Source: an uncultured Alphaproteobacteria bacterium (GTDB lineage Bacteria; Pseudomonadota; Alphaproteobacteria; RF32; CAG-239). Taken from it: a DNA stretch of 59,489 bases. Made by a program: the position numbers and the translations under genes. Positions 1 to 9,847 of this stretch are shown piece after piece (the stretch's first letter is position 1; every line of letters begins with the position of its first letter). The notes below the pieces were generated by a model. The model saw only the letters and a program-made list of their open reading frames with translations, was not told where the DNA came from and made no database searches. The stretch covers positions 1 to 59,489 of the forward strand of contig CALXTP010000084.1 in assembly GCA_944391435.1 (NCBI GenBank). The letters are read 5' to 3'.

Positions 1-1
1 T

Positions 2-541
2 AAATCCGTAATACAGGAAGCTTATCGCCACCACAAGCCGATGCTTGGAATTTGCGCCGGTGCACAAATGATTGGCGCCTGCTTGGGCAATATGAAAATG
101 TATCGCAGCCTGGAAGATGAAATTCCGCACAAGGCCGTTCACAAGCCTCGGCAGGAAACAGATGTCCGCCTGCATGGGTTGAAACTTCTGCCCGGAACGC
201 CGATATTTGATATCATGGGTTTGCGTGCCGATGAAGACCGGATAATGATAAATTCCCGTCATGCGCAGGCCATGGTGCATCCGGCGCTGCAGGAATATGT
301 AAAGGGCGAACCATTGGTTAAAATGGATATGTATGCCGTTTCGGATGCTGACGGCGTGCCGGAGATTTGGGGGAATGCATCGGCAGGAATTCTGTGCGTT
401 CAAGGGCATCCGGAAGATTTGGCTGCCGCCGGGGATGAAAAGATGCTTCGGATCTACCAATACATAGCCGGGTTGTCCGCCGAATATAAAAAAAGCCGGG
501 CATCATTGCTGAGAGCCCCGAAAAAGGCGCTTGAACGGTAG
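2..541 (+). CDS. Class I glutamine amidotransferase / peptidase C26 (gamma-glutamyl-GABA hydrolase-like), 5' partial
   Basis: Nucleophile elbow PMLGICAGAQ, a NSRH motif and VQGHPE (His-Glu). The frame is open back to the window edge. Confidence 0.8.
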   Translation, partial: KSVIQEAYRHHKPMLGICAGAQMIGACLGNMKMYRSLEDEIPHKAVHKPRQETDVRLHGLKLLPGTPIFDIMGLRADEDRIMINSRHAQAMVHPALQEYVKGEPLVKMDMYAVSDADGVPEIWGNASAGILCVQGHPEDLAAAGDEKMLRIYQYIAGLSAEYKKSRASLLRAPKKALER

Positions 542-590
542 TTGGAAAAAGCTGTCAAAAAAAACTGTTACAAAACGACTGTTTTCTGCT

Positions 591-1483
591 TTAAACTGCC
601 ACCATTATCACGCCGGTAATAATAACCGCAAAGCAAATAAGTTTTTTAGCCATAATTTGCGGCGTAATCGTTTCGTGGAGATTGAGGCTAAACATTTTTT
701 TGAGCGCTAAGCTGATGAACAGCATAAAAATAGGCGCGGTGGCGTTAATCGCCGATGATATAACCGCCGAGAGCTGCGATAAGGCATAAACTGCCGCCGC
801 CCCGCCCAAAAAGCATAACAGTTCGTTGAGGCAAAAGACTTTGGTATGGTGGCAATATTCCCGAAAAGCTTTTTTTATACGCCGTGCGGAAGGTTTGTGT
901 AACAGGAATAAAAAAGGCAGCAGGCACGAAAGGGTATTGACGTAGATAATCATATTTATCCAGTTGCCGTCCAGATTAAATGTATATTTTTGTATCACCA
1001 CATAAACGGCGCGCAACAGCGACACCAAAACATATAATAAAAGGCACGGTTAAGCTTCGGCATTTTAAAGTTGTTGATGCTGAGCACGATTGATGCGGCA
1101 ATAATCAATAAGAAGCCGGCGTATTGGGAACCTTTCAGCACCTCGTCCAAAAAGAGAAACGTCATCACCGGGATGGTAATTTGCCCCAGGGAAAACAGTG
1201 CCGATACAATAGATGTATCAATAACTTTCATCGCTTTGTAATACGGATAAAGGTAGGCAACGTCAATTATGGCCAATACAAAATAAAAGGGCAGGGCTTG
1301 TGCGGCGGGCAGGGGAGGCACGCCGAAAAACAACAACAGCGGCAGAAACACGCAGTTCATCAGTGAGATATAAAAAATCATCGTTATCGGATGTTTGAAG
1401 ATATTGTTGGACAGCCTGCATTCAATAATATTGGCAAAAGAAGAAAAAAACGGTGCCAAAAAAGCCACAATCCAAATAAACAT
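591..1483 (-). pseudogene. EamA/DMT-family transporter split by a frameshift (real or sequencing error)
   Basis: Two overlapping hydrophobic ORFs (995..1483 and 591..1028), each with an EamA-like repeat. One extra T in the T4 run (+ strand A4 at 1027-1030) fuses them as ...FYYMFLVSLLRAVY... Confidence 0.7.
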
Positions 1484-1652
1484 ACAAAACCTTTTTGCTG
1501 TTGTCCCTGTCTGATTATATAGTCATCAGAAGTTAAGATAATATAAATGCCGGCCGATTTTCTTCTGCTACGGATAAATCCGGATTTTATGGTGCCTGAT
1601 AATAGTCTGATTTTGCTATGTTTGGAGGTGTTATTGTCCCGGCAGCCGCATG

Positions 1653-1816
1653 CCGTTATCTCTGCGGCATAGCGCCGTTATCCCTGCGGCATAACATCGT
1701 TATTCCTGCGGCATTGCACCGTTATTCTTGCGGCACAGCGCCGTTACCCTTGCGGCATAGCGCCGTTACCCCTGCGACACGGCACCGTTATCCCTGCGGC
1801 ATAACATCGTTATCCC
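1653..1816. repeat. Tandem repeat, 22-bp unit, 7 full copies plus a partial eighth; consensus CCGTTATCCCTGCGGCATAGCR
   Basis: Units start at 1653, 1675, 1697, 1719, 1741, 1763, 1785 and 1807, with no indels and no unique spacers. Confidence 0.95.
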
Positions 1817-1867
1817 GGTATTTTTCCTATTTATCCCAAGCTTAGGGGAGCTGTAAAACACATAATG

Positions 1868-1896
1868 AAAAAACCGCCGGCACAACGTGACGGCGG
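1868..1896 (-). terminator. Putative intrinsic terminator of rpsD
   Basis: CCGCCG/CGGCGG stem followed by T6 on the minus strand. Confidence 0.6.
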
Positions 1897-2045
1897 GCAA
1901 CAATCCAATATTCTGAAAACGACGCTTAAAAGCTTTTTCTCTAATCTTTTGCCGCGGCTCTGGCTCATACCTTTTGGACAACGCCGATTTGCCACTTTTT
2001 TTGATTTTAAGAAAAAACTTAAGGCCGCTTTCGGACAATCTCCTA

Positions 2046-2660
2046 TTATCTGGAGTAAAATTCGATAACCAGGTTCGGTTCCATCTGCGCGGCATACGGA
2101 ACATCGTCAAACTTCGGCACAAAGGTATACTTCGCGGTCAGCTTAGCGGCATCAACTTCCAGATAAGAAGGGAAATCGCGCGTCTGGGACTGAACGGCAG
2201 ACATAACGATGGCCAGCTGTTTAGATTTTTCGCGAACTTCAATAACATCGCCGGCTTTCAGCTGGTAAGAAGGAATATTAACCTTTTTGCCGTTAACGGT
2301 AACATGTCCGTGGTTGACAAACTGGCGTGCCGCAAAAACGGTAGAAGCAAACTTGGCTTTGTAAACCAGATTGTCCAAACGGGATTCCAGCAGGCCGATA
2401 AGATTTTCAGCCGTATCGCCTTTTCTGCGAATAGCTTCAACATAGTACTTGTGGAACTGCTTTTCGGAAATATTTCCGTAATAAACTTTCAATCTCTGCT
2501 TGGCATACAATTGCTCGCCGTAGTCGGTCGTCTTCTTTCTTCTCTGCCCGTGTTGTCCCGGAGCATAATTTCTTTTCAAAATCGGGCTGTTATTGTCGCC
2601 CCAGAGATTTTGGCCGTAACGGCGGCTGTTTTTCTTTTTGGCTGTAACGATACTTTTCAT
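2046..2660 (-). CDS. rpsD: 30S ribosomal protein S4
   Basis: [26 protein letters not shown] and ARQFVNHGH motifs; ends VIEFYSR. Confidence 0.98.
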   Translation of the reverse strand: MKSIVTAKKKNSRRYGQNLWGDNNSPILKRNYAPGQHGQRRKKTTDYGEQLYAKQRLKVYYGNISEKQFHKYYVEAIRRKGDTAENLIGLLESRLDNLVYKAKFASTVFAARQFVNHGHVTVNGKKVNIPSYQLKAGDVIEVREKSKQLAIVMSAVQSQTRDFPSYLEVDAAKLTAKYTFVPKFDDVPYAAQMEPNLVIEFYSR

Positions 2661-3008
2661 AAATAAAATCCTTTAGATATTGGTTAAAATTATTGTCCCG
2701 ATAGTTTTGTCGTTGGCAGAGCCTGCTTTGCGAATAACAAACAAAGCTCCGGCGCAAACGGGGAATTCCTCCGGCTTGAAACAGAAATACAATTCCGCCG
2801 CACCTTAACACAAACCTTCGCACTTAAGAACAACGACGCAGCACCTTGGTACAACTCTGCCATATAACCGGCGCTTTCTTTGCGTTTCCGTATTCAAACA
2901 CTACCCGCTTTCTCGGAAGTATGCCTAACATATCGCAAAAAAATAATTTTGCAAGCATTTTTTCTGATTTTGCGCAGATTTTTTCACAGCAGGCTATTGC
3001 ACGGCAAG

Positions 3009-3737
3009 CTAATAAAAATTCTTCCGCACTTTGGCAAACAGGGGCTCGTTGATGTCTTCCAACATGCCGTCTTTAAGACGGAGCTGCCGGTTCATCCTCG
3101 TTGCCAGTTCCATATTGTGCGTGGCAATCAGTGCCGCCAGGCCTGTTTCTTTGATGATATGGAGCAACGCCGCAAAAACGTCTTCGGCCGTGTTTGGGTC
3201 AAGGTTGCCGGTCGGTTCGTCGGCCAGCAGCAGTTTCGGCGCATTGGCAAGTGCCCGCGCAATGGCCACCCTTTGCTGTTCGCCGCCGGAAAGTTCTGCC
3301 GGGCGGTGTTTCAGGCGATGCGACAGGTGCAGCTTTTCCAGCAGCATAACGGCTCTGTCTTGTGCCTCGCTTTTGCTTTTTCCGGCAATAAGCATCGGAA
3401 TCATCACGTTCTCCATGGCTGAAAAGTCGCCGAGCAGGTTGTGGTATTGATACACAAAACCGATATAGTCGCGTCTCAAATGCGTCCGCAAATCGTCAGA
3501 AGCCTTGCCGATATTTTCGCCGTTGATAAAAATACGCCCTGCAGTCGGCCGGTCAAGCAGGCCGGCAATCTGCAACAGTGTAGACTTTCCCGCGCCGCTT
3601 TGCCCCACCAGCGCCGTAATTTCCCGCGGCTGCACCTTCAAATCAACGCCGTTCAAAACCTCAAGCGTCTGTTTGCCTTGTTTATAAGTTTTTGTTACGC
3701 CGCTTAATTCCAGCACACAAGTATTTTCGTTATTCAT
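3009..3737 (-). CDS. lolD: Lipoprotein-releasing ABC transporter ATP-binding protein
   Basis: Walker [25 protein letters not shown] and [11 protein letters not shown]. Overlaps the stop of the upstream permease. Confidence 0.92.
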   Translation of the reverse strand: MNNENTCVLELSGVTKTYKQGKQTLEVLNGVDLKVQPREITALVGQSGAGKSTLLQIAGLLDRPTAGRIFINGENIGKASDDLRTHLRRDYIGFVYQYHNLLGDFSAMENVMIPMLIAGKSKSEAQDRAVMLLEKLHLSHRLKHRPAELSGGEQQRVAIARALANAPKLLLADEPTGNLDPNTAEDVFAALLHIIKETGLAALIATHNMELATRMNRQLRLKDGMLEDINEPLFAKVRKNFY

Positions 3738-4989
3738 AGCGCAAAGCCTCCACCGGATCCATTTTTGCCGCCCGATAAGCCGGGTACAGGGTTGCCAGGA
3801 ACGAAAGCAGCAGCGAAATTCCTGCTACCGTCAAAACCACGGGCATTTCCACTTTTGCCGGCAGCTGCGACAGGAAATAGATTTCCGCCGCAAATAAATC
3901 CCGCCCCGAAACAGATTGCAAAAATTGGCGGATATTTTCAATATTGTCGCAAAACAGCAGCGCCAGCAAAACGCCGAGCAGCGTGCCGACCACGCCGATA
4001 AACGCGCCGTCCAAAAAGAAAATGCGCATAATCATTCCCTTGGTTGCCCCCATGGTGCGCAAAACCGCAATATCGCGCCCTTTATCTTTGACCAGCATAA
4101 TCAGGCCGGTAATGATATTAAACGCCGCTACCAGGATAATCAGCGTCAACACGACAAACATCACGTTGCGTTCCACATCTATCGCATTAAAAAAGGCCGA
4201 GTTCGTCTGGCGATAGTCATAAACAAAAGCTTTATTGCCGGAGGTTTCAATCGCTGCCCCGATAAGCTGGCGGATATAATCAACGTCTGCGTTTGGCCGC
4301 AACGTAACGTCAATGCCGGTCACACCGTTGCCGAGAGAAAAGAACGTTTGCGCCGTCGCCAGCGGCATAAAGACAAAATTGGCGTCATATTCATACATGC
4401 CGAAATTAAAAGTGCCGGCTACCCGGTAGCTTTTCATCCGCGGCACGGTGCCAAACATGGTAATTTTGCCGTTTGGCGAGAGCAGGGTGATCTCATCGCC
4501 GGCGGTTACGCCGAGCTTGTTGGCAAGCCGCGACCCCAGAACGACGATATCGCCTTCAAAAAGCTTCAAATCAAAATCTTTAAAACCTTCGCGCAGAACC
4601 TTTTTCTTCTGCAAATCAGCGCCGTTGATGCCGCGCACCATCACGCCCTCTGCCGTATTGCCGGCTGTTGCCAGCAGTTGCTTTTCAATAAGCGGGATGG
4701 CTACGTCCACACCCGGAACTTTCTCTTCCAACATTCTGACGGCATCGGGATAATTGTTAAACGGTACGTTGCGGATGGCGGCAATACTGATATGCCCGTT
4801 GATGCCGAGGATGCGCCCCAGCAATTCCTCTTTAAAACCGTTCATAACGGATGTAACGATAATCAGCGTAGCCACGCCGAGGGCGATGCCGATAAACGCA
4901 AACGTGGTAATGACCGATATAAAGCCTTCCTTTCGTTTGGCTCGCAAATATCTGCCGGCGACCATTTTTTCAAATTTAGAGAAAATCAT
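3730..4989 (-). CDS. lolE: Lipoprotein-releasing ABC transporter permease (LolC/LolE family)
   Basis: ARYLRAKRKEGFIS-like N-terminus, SVMNGF, and [19 protein letters not shown]-terminus. Start placed at ATG 4989 after SD AGGAG. Confidence 0.9.
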   Translation of the reverse strand: MIFSKFEKMVAGRYLRAKRKEGFISVITTFAFIGIALGVATLIIVTSVMNGFKEELLGRILGINGHISIAAIRNVPFNNYPDAVRMLEEKVPGVDVAIPLIEKQLLATAGNTAEGVMVRGINGADLQKKKVLREGFKDFDLKLFEGDIVVLGSRLANKLGVTAGDEITLLSPNGKITMFGTVPRMKSYRVAGTFNFGMYEYDANFVFMPLATAQTFFSLGNGVTGIDVTLRPNADVDYIRQLIGAAIETSGNKAFVYDYRQTNSAFFNAIDVERNVMFVVLTLIILVAAFNIITGLIMLVKDKGRDIAVLRTMGATKGMIMRIFFLDGAFIGVVGTLLGVLLALLFCDNIENIRQFLQSVSGRDLFAAEIYFLSQLPAKVEMPVVLTVAGISLLLSFLATLYPAYRAAKMDPVEALRYE

Positions 4990-5113
4990 TTGCAAACTCC
5001 TTATATTGCTCCAACATAGCCTGCCGGAGCAAACTTGCAACCATAAAAATTTTCTGCCCACAGGAAACGCCGCTTGGGGAGGGCTATATGGAAATAAGGG
5101 CAAGGGCTGCCAT

Positions 5114-5310
5114 AAAAAAAGAACCGCGTTGCGTAACGGGGTTCTTTATGATGATTGCGTTTTATAAAAATTAAAAAAGGAAAAAGGATAGCCTCACGGC
5201 CGCCTTTTTCCAAACATACAAAACAAAGTACATTAGCGGTGGCGCCGCTAACAACTCAAAAAAAGGCAAAGTCCGTTTTCCCTTTACCGCTGTAAAGCGG
5301 GCTCAGCCTT
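5114..5310 (-). terminator. Cluster of four hairpins, three with T-tails on the minus strand, downstream of the 5320..5976 ORF
   Basis: AAAGAACC..GGTTCTTT (about 5118-5146), GGAAAAAGG..CCTTTTTCC (about 5179-5211), TTAGCGG..CCGCTAA (about 5233-5251), AAGGC..GCCTT (about 5263-5310). Confidence 0.55.
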
Positions 5311-5319
5311 ATGCTAAGA

Positions 5320-5976
5320 TTACAATCCGTCCCACTTGTCGTGCCGTCTGCCGCCGGATTTTGCCGGTTTATCGGAAGTTTTGTTTTTTCTTCCTTTTTT
5401 AGAAAGAAAATCACATTTAACCCGCGGAAAATAATCATGCAGGCAAAAACCGCCCAACCGGCCGACTTTGCTCATAAGCTTGCTTAGATCCTGTGTAAAA
5501 GTTACCGGGATAAAGCTCTTTTGGCCATCTGGGGCTTCAAGCAGATGCAGAACAGAGAACTCATCAGGGCTGCTGAAATACGCTTCGGCATACCAGCCTT
5601 TTTTGTTGACAAAGTGGACAACCGCTTTCTTTTCCGTATCCAGAAAAGCCCATAACGATTTAATTTTGCCGCCGGTATTAAGCGTTTGCAAATGCCGGAG
5701 CATAATCTCAATAGAGGTCGCCGTACTTGCATCCAAAAGGCAGCTGTCTTCGGCATGCGTAGACTGATTTGTTACGTCCTTAAGGGCGTTGCGTAAAACG
5801 ATTCGGTTCAAAAAATCAGACATTCGTTGCCGCGACACGGCGGGATAAGAAACGATAAACTCGTTAAAATCGGCCGGCTTGTCATTTTGAGCCCTGCCAA
5901 GATTCTTACTCGCGAGAGAAACAACAACTCCCTTCGCGTCTGACCACATGATGGTCTTCAGAATTCTTTCTTCCAT
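5320..5976 (-). CDS. Hypothetical protein (ORFan, 218 aa)
   Basis: Long ORF with its own near-consensus promoter and downstream hairpins; no motif recognised. Confidence 0.7.
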   Translation of the reverse strand: MEERILKTIMWSDAKGVVVSLASKNLGRAQNDKPADFNEFIVSYPAVSRQRMSDFLNRIVLRNALKDVTNQSTHAEDSCLLDASTATSIEIMLRHLQTLNTGGKIKSLWAFLDTEKKAVVHFVNKKGWYAEAYFSSPDEFSVLHLLEAPDGQKSFIPVTFTQDLSKLMSKVGRLGGFCLHDYFPRVKCDFLSKKGRKNKTSDKPAKSGGRRHDKWDGL

Positions 5977-6008
5977 AATGATATATTTTTAATATTAATA
6001 CAAAACAA

Positions 6009-6036
6009 ATTATAACATGGGGATTTCTTTTGTCAA
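6009..6036 (-). promoter_or_regulatory. Sigma70-type promoter TTGACA-N16-TATAAT with extended TG
   Basis: Minus strand reads ttgaca aaagaaatccccatgt tataat, about 33 nt upstream of ATG 5976. Confidence 0.7.
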
Positions 6037-6246
6037 ATATATTTTCAAAGAATATAGAAAAAGAAGGAAAAACGGATTTTTTTCTAAAAAGAAAGGGCAT
6101 AAAAAATCATTTTTTCGGCAAAAAAATGATTTAACAAAACAGCTTTTCCCTTGGCAAGCCCGAGCCTTGGCTGGGAAAAGCTGTTTATGCCTTCTGAAAA
6201 AAATATCTCCGCTTTTGTCAGAAAAGGGATGAAGGAATAAAAGCGG

Positions 6247-6813
6247 TTACTTGAGTTTCGCCAAATCCGCGGCGATGGCTTGGGACAATCCGCCGAGCAG
6301 GCGGCTTTGCGCCGGGATATAGGCATCATAGCCGTCTTCAATTTTAAGCGCCTGGTCAAAGCGCCCTTGTTTGAGGATTTTGCCTTGCGCATTCCGGATA
6401 AAATAAGAAGCTTTCAAAAGCGCCGTTTCGTCCAGCCTGCCATTCATTTCGCGGATTTCCGCAAACACGGCATATTTATAATTTTTGCGCAGCGTCGTCT
6501 GGTTTTCAACCATGGCATTGGGCAAAAGGAGGCTGAGGTTCTGGTTCAAAACCTGTTGCACCAGTTTTTCCGGCGCCGCACCCCAGCGGTTAAATTCGTC
6601 AATTTTGACTTCATAATTTTCTTTGCCCAAAGTTGTGATTTGCGGACGCGACTGTTCTGCCGGCAGCAATACCGGGGCAATTAAAATCGTAGATTTGACG
6701 TTTGGATAGGTGTTGGCCGGCGTTTGCATGGCCACCGGCTGGTAAAAATTCGGATTAGGGCTGGAACACGCGGTTACGGCCAAAGCCAGAAGGGTAACGA
6801 ATATTTTTTTCAT
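6247..6813 (-). CDS. PqiC-family (ABC transport auxiliary) lipoprotein
   Basis: Lipobox VTAC, a FNRWG motif, and last position in the mla-type operon. Confidence 0.8.
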   Translation of the reverse strand: MKKIFVTLLALAVTACSSPNPNFYQPVAMQTPANTYPNVKSTILIAPVLLPAEQSRPQITTLGKENYEVKIDEFNRWGAAPEKLVQQVLNQNLSLLLPNAMVENQTTLRKNYKYAVFAEIREMNGRLDETALLKASYFIRNAQGKILKQGRFDQALKIEDGYDAYIPAQSRLLGGLSQAIAADLAKLK

Positions 6814-6814
6814 T

Positions 6815-7657
6815 TTAATAATCCTTTCCTGTAATAATGGCATTCGGATACATTTGCAGATAATCCGTCAGGTTTTTCATGGAAGCCGCCGCCGCGGAAA
6901 AGCTGTCTATCATGGCAGCGATGCTGGCGGCATTTTCACCGACCATCAAATCAAACGACTGGGCTGCCCCGCCGACGTTTTGTGCCGCCGTTCCGAGTTC
7001 CTCCACCATTTTGGCGGTATTTTTCTTGTTTTCTTTCAGAATATGGTCCACCGTATTGAGTGTGGAATTCAGTTGTGTCAAAAGGTCGGGCAGTTCGCGG
7101 TTGAGCGTCTGGGTAATGTTATGTACGTCGCTGGCAATCTGTGTAATCGGCATAACCTGGAGGCTCTTGGAGATGGCTGAAAATGGCGAACCGATAGTCG
7201 GTATCTCCAGCTCGTTTTTATTGTGGCGGTAAAGGACAATCGGCGAGCCGGGGAACATATCAAGTTCAATCGCCAGCTGCCCCGTAATGACCGAATTGAT
7301 GGAAAGCTGGGCCCTCAGCCCGTCTTTGATAAATTGTTCCAGCCGGTCATGTTCGTCATGCATCGTCGTTATCAAAGATTTGCCGTTATAAATTTTGGCA
7401 TAAACGGGAATCGTAAATTTCATCGTGTTCATATCTGCCTGCAGGCGCACTTCGGAAACCTCGCCGATTTTAACCCCTTTGAACAACACCGGCGCTCCGA
7501 CGTCAAGCCCTTTGACCGATTCGTCAAAATACATGACGACGGTTGATTCGTCATCTGAAAATTTGTTTTTAAGAAAATATCCGAACATAAAGACCAACGC
7601 CAGGATTCCGGCGCTGACAAATACCCCGATCATTTTCATGTTAGGCTGTTTTATCAT
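6815..7657 (-). CDS. MCE/MlaD-family protein
   Basis: N-terminal TM, FDESVKGLDVGAPVLFKGVKIGEV MCE signature and a helical C-terminus. Confidence 0.9.
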   Translation of the reverse strand: MIKQPNMKMIGVFVSAGILALVFMFGYFLKNKFSDDESTVVMYFDESVKGLDVGAPVLFKGVKIGEVSEVRLQADMNTMKFTIPVYAKIYNGKSLITTMHDEHDRLEQFIKDGLRAQLSINSVITGQLAIELDMFPGSPIVLYRHNKNELEIPTIGSPFSAISKSLQVMPITQIASDVHNITQTLNRELPDLLTQLNSTLNTVDHILKENKKNTAKMVEELGTAAQNVGGAAQSFDLMVGENAASIAAMIDSFSAAAASMKNLTDYLQMYPNAIITGKDY

Positions 7658-8405
7658 TATTTTTTCCTCTGGTTAAAAATTCGCGAATGGTATCGTTTGG
7701 CGGATTGCGCAGCAAATCTGTCGGCTTTCCCCGCCCGGTAATATTCTTGGTGCTGCCGTCCAAAAAGATGGAATTTGTCCCGATGTTGAGCAGCGACTGC
7801 AGCTCATGCGTAACAATAACAAAAGTCGTGCCGAGATTCTGGTTAAGCTCCAAAATAAGGTCGTCCAGGCGTTTGGAACTGATGGGGTCCAGCCCGGCCG
7901 ACGGCTCGTCGCAATAGACGATTTTCGGATCCAGAGCCAGGGCACGGGAAAGGGCAGCCCTTTTTTTCATGCCGCCGGAAATTTCGGACGGATAAAAATC
8001 TTCAAATCCGGAAAGCCCTGTCAACGCCAGTTTATAGCTGGCCAGCTCGTCAATTTCTTTGGGGCTGTAAGGCGTATAGAGTTCCATCGGCATCGCCACG
8101 TTTTCTTTCAGCGTCATGGAAGAAAACAGCGCCCCGCTTTGGTATAAAACGCCGCAGCTCTTCATAATCTCCGTTTGCGTCTTATTGTCAGCGCCGGAAA
8201 AATCCCTGCCGTCAATCAGCACCTTGCCCTGCACCGGCGTTACCAGCCCGGTCAAGACGCGCAGCATACTGCTTTTGCCGCAGCCGCTGGCGCCCATAAT
8301 GATAAAGATATCTCCGGTGTTGACGGAAAAATTGATATTGTCAAACAAGACAAAATCGCCGTATGCTACTTTCAGATTTTGAACGGTAATAATGTCGCGG
8401 CTCAT
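7641..8405 (-). CDS. MlaF/Mkl-family ABC ATP-binding protein
   Basis: GASGCGKS, ISGGMKKRAALSRAL and DEPSAGLDP. Confidence 0.9.
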   Translation of the reverse strand: MSRDIITVQNLKVAYGDFVLFDNINFSVNTGDIFIIMGASGCGKSSMLRVLTGLVTPVQGKVLIDGRDFSGADNKTQTEIMKSCGVLYQSGALFSSMTLKENVAMPMELYTPYSPKEIDELASYKLALTGLSGFEDFYPSEISGGMKKRAALSRALALDPKIVYCDEPSAGLDPISSKRLDDLILELNQNLGTTFVIVTHELQSLLNIGTNSIFLDGSTKNITGRGKPTDLLRNPPNDTIREFLTRGKNNDKTA

Positions 8406-9757
8406 ATTCCCATCTCCTCAAACAATACCGTCAAAATTCCGGTTGCAACAATCATCCACACCAAAGCCGTTACCACGGCGCCGGTCGTCGCTTTGCCGAC
8501 GCTGTCGGCATCTCTGCCGGCATTAAGCCCTTCATAACATCCGCACAGCGAGATGATAAAGCCGTATACGACACTGTGAAACAGACCCACCAGAATATTT
8601 TTGAGGCTGAGCGCTTTGACGGAATAATCCCAATAAGAAGACGAAGACAAATCCAAAAAGCTGACCCCGACCACGGCACCGCCCAAAATCCCCAGGGCAT
8701 CGGCCAGCAGAGTGAGAAAAGGTATGGTCAGCACCAGGGAAATCAGCCGCGGTGCCACCAAATAATCGGCAATTTTGACACCAAGCGTTTTCAGGGCGTC
8801 AATTTCTTCGTTAACCTGCATGGTGCCGAGCGTAGCGGCATAAGAAGAACCGGTGCGGCCTGCCATGATGATGCCGACCATGATGGCCGCCATAATGCGC
8901 GTCATACCAACCGCAACCATGCTTGCCACATAAATGCCTGCGCCGAACGTCCGTAGCTGCAAAGCACCGACAAAAGCCAAAATCAAGCCGACCAGAAAGC
9001 TGACCAGCGCAATAATGCCGACAGCCTTATAGCTGCAATCGCCGAAAATAAACCAAAAATCCTTGCGCCGCCAAACAGCCGTGCCGATACAAAAACGCCA
9101 TAACGCCCCAAAGGCCTCCCGTATAAACCGGCAGACGTGTTTGATATCTTGATAAAAAGAAAAGCTTTTTATGCCGATTCGTTCAAACAATCCGCTTTTA
9201 TTTTCCGTATTTTCGGGCGGGATGTTTCCGCCTTTCAGAGCCAGTTGCAATACGTCTTGCACGTTTTGCGGCAGGCGGGAGAGGTTAAGCTCTTTGCCAT
9301 GCGATTTCAAAATTTTGGCAATGTGAAAAATTTCCGCCGCCGTTGGCGAAGAATAAGCAGCCCCCTCCGGCAAAACCGCAAAAATATTGCGTACATCCCG
9401 GCTTGCTGCGACAATGTCATCAGCGGAGATTTTGTTGTTTAAAAGCTGAAGGTTGTCGTTGCGGGGCAGGGGGCTGGCGCTGTTTTCCTTTTCCTGAGCC
9501 TTTTCCGAAACATCCGCTGCAGCCGTTTCTTTTCGGATACCGCTTGCGGCGGCAATATTTCCGCCATTATCCGGGGCGCTTGTGGCTATGCTGCCCGCTC
9601 CTGCCGCCACATCGGCACTGTCGTTGCCATTATCCGGGATGCCTGCGGGATTTGCCGTATGCCCTGCCTTTGATAAATCCGTAACAGGGGCTTTGGGCAA
9701 GTCCGGACAGATACAGAGCAGCAAATCATCATTTATTTTTTTTAATTCAATTGCCAT
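8402..9757 (-). CDS. MlaE-family ABC permease with an N-terminal STAS-like region and a low-complexity insertion
   Basis: AGRTGSSYAATLGTMQVNEEIDAL and VGKATTGAVV motifs. Confidence 0.88.
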   Translation of the reverse strand: MAIELKKINDDLLLCICPDLPKAPVTDLSKAGHTANPAGIPDNGNDSADVAAGAGSIATSAPDNGGNIAAASGIRKETAAADVSEKAQEKENSASPLPRNDNLQLLNNKISADDIVAASRDVRNIFAVLPEGAAYSSPTAAEIFHIAKILKSHGKELNLSRLPQNVQDVLQLALKGGNIPPENTENKSGLFERIGIKSFSFYQDIKHVCRFIREAFGALWRFCIGTAVWRRKDFWFIFGDCSYKAVGIIALVSFLVGLILAFVGALQLRTFGAGIYVASMVAVGMTRIMAAIMVGIIMAGRTGSSYAATLGTMQVNEEIDALKTLGVKIADYLVAPRLISLVLTIPFLTLLADALGILGGAVVGVSFLDLSSSSYWDYSVKALSLKNILVGLFHSVVYGFIISLCGCYEGLNAGRDADSVGKATTGAVVTALVWMIVATGILTVLFEEMGI

Positions 9758-9847
9758 GGTTTGTATTTTTTCCTATCTTTTATCCCCTTTGGGAAAATGC
9801 TTTTATGCCCTTGTCTTATTCCGGACGGAAAATCCCCTTTCAAACTC

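Noticed and set aside
1653-1816. CRISPR array
   Set aside because: The units are contiguous with no unique spacers, and there are no cas genes in the window.
1618-1845. 75-aa ORF across the tandem repeat
   Set aside because: The 22-bp period is not a multiple of 3 and there is no SD; the open frame is a by-product of the repeat.
3916-5019. Long antisense ORFs (for example 3916..5019 +, 12659..13504 +, 54407..55492 +, 57338..58135 -)
   Set aside because: These are shadows of well-supported genes on the opposite strand and carry no motifs.
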